NCBI GenBank assembly: GCA_051382305.1
Contig: JBBCAV010000325.1
Location: 1-18,870, forward strand
DNA length: 18,870 nt
Direction: 5' to 3'
From: Bdellovibrionota bacterium FG-2
GTDB taxonomy: Bacteria; Bdellovibrionota; UBA1018
Positions within the stretch are counted from its first letter, which is position 1; each line of letters opens with the position of its first letter. The notes under the pieces are model-generated. The model saw nothing but the letters and a program-made list of their open reading frames with translations, was not told the origin of the DNA and made no database searches. This document shows positions 16,806 through 18,870 of this stretch, piece by piece. The translations under genes and the position numbers were made by a program.

Positions 16806-17402
16806 TCACCCCCGCCCCTTGCGCGATTCCCAATCTTCTCGCTTCACCAGATAAACATATCCACTCACCGGGGTCGTATCACCTTTCAGGAACTCTGGGG
16901 AATCGGGAAACTCATGATGAAATTCCCCGACCCTCACCCCGCCCACAGCCTCTTGCATTTTGATCGAAGCAATATTCAAAATATTGGGAGTTGCCTTTAC
17001 GGCTCGACAATTCGTATGAGTGAACAAATAATCCAGCAGCCCAAGTTTTATCTCGATTCCGTACTTTCTTCCCCAGAACTCAGGCAAAAGTTTCACATCC
17101 GTTTCACAGATCCCTTGAGCATCAGGGCTTCCCAATTTACACTCCCCAATCGCCGTTCCTGTCTCCTTCTCGCAAACTAAAAGCCTACAATCAAAAGGCG
17201 CATCACTCGACTGCTCCTCTAACTGTGCCCACACCTTTTCGCGAGTCGTTTTCAAACCATTTGGAAAACCGACGTGTTTCATAACCTCGGGATTGTTCCA
17301 AAGCAAAAAAAGGAAATCAATATCCGTCTCCGTCAAAAGCGCAAGTCGAACGGTGAGACGATTTGTCGATAAAATGAGATATTTACCGTCGTTGTTGCTC
17401 AT
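16806..17402 (-). CDS. GNAT N-acetyltransferase, RimJ/RimL-like
   Basis: LSTNRLTVR, NNPEVMKHV, LLPEFWGRKYG, NIASIKMQEAVG. Start moved to ATG 17402. Confidence 0.88.
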   Translation of the reverse strand: MSNNDGKYLILSTNRLTVRLALLTETDIDFLFLLWNNPEVMKHVGFPNGLKTTREKVWAQLEEQSSDAPFDCRLLVCEKETGTAIGECKLGSPDAQGICETDVKLLPEFWGRKYGIEIKLGLLDYLFTHTNCRAVKATPNILNIASIKMQEAVGGVRVGEFHHEFPDSPEFLKGDTTPVSGYVYLVKREDWESRKGRG

Positions 17403-17451
17403 AAATTCAATGACGCAAGCGCGCCTGTCGCGCGACAGACGACTGCCGCCA

Positions 17452-17661
17452 CTACTTCTGAAAATACCCAATCAGCGAAAGCACCCCACTTAAGACCAAA
17501 CACGTCACAATGGGAAAATAGAACCTAAAATTCTCACGCTCCACGACAATATCACCCGGCATTCGGCCAAAATGAAGAAAACGTCCTCCGAATTGCCAGA
17601 GCACGCCAATTAAGATAAAAAGTATTCCAGTCGTAATGAAAACCTTTGAAATCGGATTCAT
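17452..17661 (-). CDS. DUF2905 family small membrane protein
   Basis: TM helix, GRMPGDIVVERENFRFYFPIVTC, TM helix. Confidence 0.88.
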   Translation of the reverse strand: MNPISKVFITTGILFILIGVLWQFGGRFLHFGRMPGDIVVERENFRFYFPIVTCLVLSGVLSLIGYFQK

Positions 17662-17715
17662 GACCGAAAGCTATAGCACAGGCTAACAAGAAATGCGGAG
17701 AAGATAGGAAACCAA

Positions 17716-18117
17716 ATGGGAAACAACCACACAGGCTTTGTATTCACCGGCGCCCTTTGCGCATTTTTCGCGGTCGCACTTGGAGCCTTCGGCGCACACG
17801 CTCTGGCCCCCGTCCTCTCGGAGCGATCCCTGGCCATTTGGCAAACGGGGGTGCATTACCAAATGTTTCACGCGCTAGCGCTACTCTTCTTGGCTTGGTA
17901 TTCGGCTCATCGCGGCGCGCCTTCAGACAAACTGCTGACCTGGGCAGGCCGTGCCTTTTTCATCGGAATTATCCTCTTCTCAGGGAGCCTCTATGCCCTT
18001 GCGCTGAGCGAGGTTAAAATTCTAGGAATCATCACCCCCTTCGGCGGCATGAGCTTCTTAGCGGGCTGGGCGCTGGTGATGTACGATGCGTTTATTCCAC
18101 TCAAACACAAACAATAA
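17716..18117 (+). CDS. DUF423 (YgdD/TMEM256-like) membrane protein
   Basis: VALGAFGAHAL, TGVHYQMFHALA, LFSGSLY, ITPFGG...AGW. Confidence 0.93.
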   Translation: MGNNHTGFVFTGALCAFFAVALGAFGAHALAPVLSERSLAIWQTGVHYQMFHALALLFLAWYSAHRGAPSDKLLTWAGRAFFIGIILFSGSLYALALSEVKILGIITPFGGMSFLAGWALVMYDAFIPLKHKQ

Positions 18118-18122
18118 TATCT

Positions 18123-18788
18123 ATGTGCGGACGAGCCTATCACACCTATACCGAAGAAGAACTGGAAGCGCGCTATCTCAATGAGCGGTCCAAACGTAAT
18201 CCTTTGGGCTTCACCAAAAATTTCAACTTGGCCCCCACGCAAGACACGCCGATCGTTGTCCAACCAGAGGGCGCTCCAGAAATTAAAATGGCGCGCTTTG
18301 GATTGATTCCTTTTTGGGCCAAAGACGCTAAGACCGCTGAGAAATACCGTCTTATCAACGCACGCGGTGAAGAGATCTCTACAAAACGAAGTTACAAGAA
18401 TGCGTTTATAAACCATCGCTGCATTGTCACGCTCACGGGCTTCTTCGAATGGAAGCGTGGAGAGGATGGGGGGAAAAGACCCTTTGCGATTCATCTCAAA
18501 ACCAATTCAATCATGAGTGTGGCTGGAGTTTGGGAAAACGAATCCTTCTCGATTATTACAATCGGCGCCAATAGCATGATGGCTAAAATCCATGACCGCA
18601 TGCCCGTGATCTTGGATCCCAAGGATGAAGCCGCTTGGCTCAATCCCGAAGAGCATTCGCTGCCGACGCTTGAGAAGTTTCTCAAACCCTGTCCCTCAAG
18701 CTGGCTTGAGAGCTATGAGATTTCTCCGCTGGTGAATTCGCCAAAGAATAATCGAGAAGAGGTTTTGCGGGCTGTGGCGAGTCGTTAA
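18123..18788 (+). CDS. SOS response-associated peptidase (SRAP; YedK/HMCES-like abasic-site protein)
   Basis: N-terminal MCGR, FNLAPTQ, GLIPFW, INARGE, GFFEW, IHDRMPVIL, VNSPKNN. Confidence 0.95.
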   Translation: MCGRAYHTYTEEELEARYLNERSKRNPLGFTKNFNLAPTQDTPIVVQPEGAPEIKMARFGLIPFWAKDAKTAEKYRLINARGEEISTKRSYKNAFINHRCIVTLTGFFEWKRGEDGGKRPFAIHLKTNSIMSVAGVWENESFSIITIGANSMMAKIHDRMPVILDPKDEAAWLNPEEHSLPTLEKFLKPCPSSWLESYEISPLVNSPKNNREEVLRAVASR

Positions 18789-18817
18789 GCGACCCCAAAT
18801 CGACTCTTTGATTTATT

Positions 18818-18870
18818 GTAATTGGCCAGCCGTCTAATTTATTTTCATAAAAATAAAAAAAGTGTTGACA
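18818..18870 (+). mobile_element. Probable terminus of an IS extending beyond the window's right edge
   Basis: GTAATTGGCCAGCC, an A/T tract, then TGTTGACA; the same layout as the minus-strand motif at 116-70. Confidence 0.45.

Noticed and set aside
1-18870. CRISPR array, tRNA, rRNA or prophage genes
   Set aside because: No repeat-spacer periodicity, cloverleaf or rRNA signatures, or phage hallmark proteins were seen.

Overview
The window reads as a chromosomal segment from a Bdellovibrionota/Oligoflexia-like bacterium; this is inferred from the TIGR02147-family gene and gene content, not from a search. The left part is a tightly coupled minus-strand run lepA-lepB-pyrB-pyrC-carA-hypothetical, followed by a ~160-nt structured intergenic RNA candidate, a direct-repeat operator candidate, a TIGR02147 regulator-like gene and a secreted-protein gene that appears cut by an IS-like end. 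The middle is a complete 2,085-bp IS (16-bp perfect terminal inverted repeats, TTA on both flanks) sitting exactly at the dnaE2 stop codon. The right part is an SOS mutagenesis cassette (imuA-imuB-dnaE2) head-to-head with lexA across 46 bp, with a perfect 16-bp palindrome as candidate SOS box. After it come a 5'-truncated HIT gene, a GNAT, DUF2905, DUF423 and an SRAP gene. Both window edges carry related outward-reading IS-like termini. The most notable items are the unannotated structured RNA, the stop-codon-seated IS, the candidate LexA box, a LepB lacking its catalytic Ser, and decapitated genes abutting both ends of the mutagenesis cassette.
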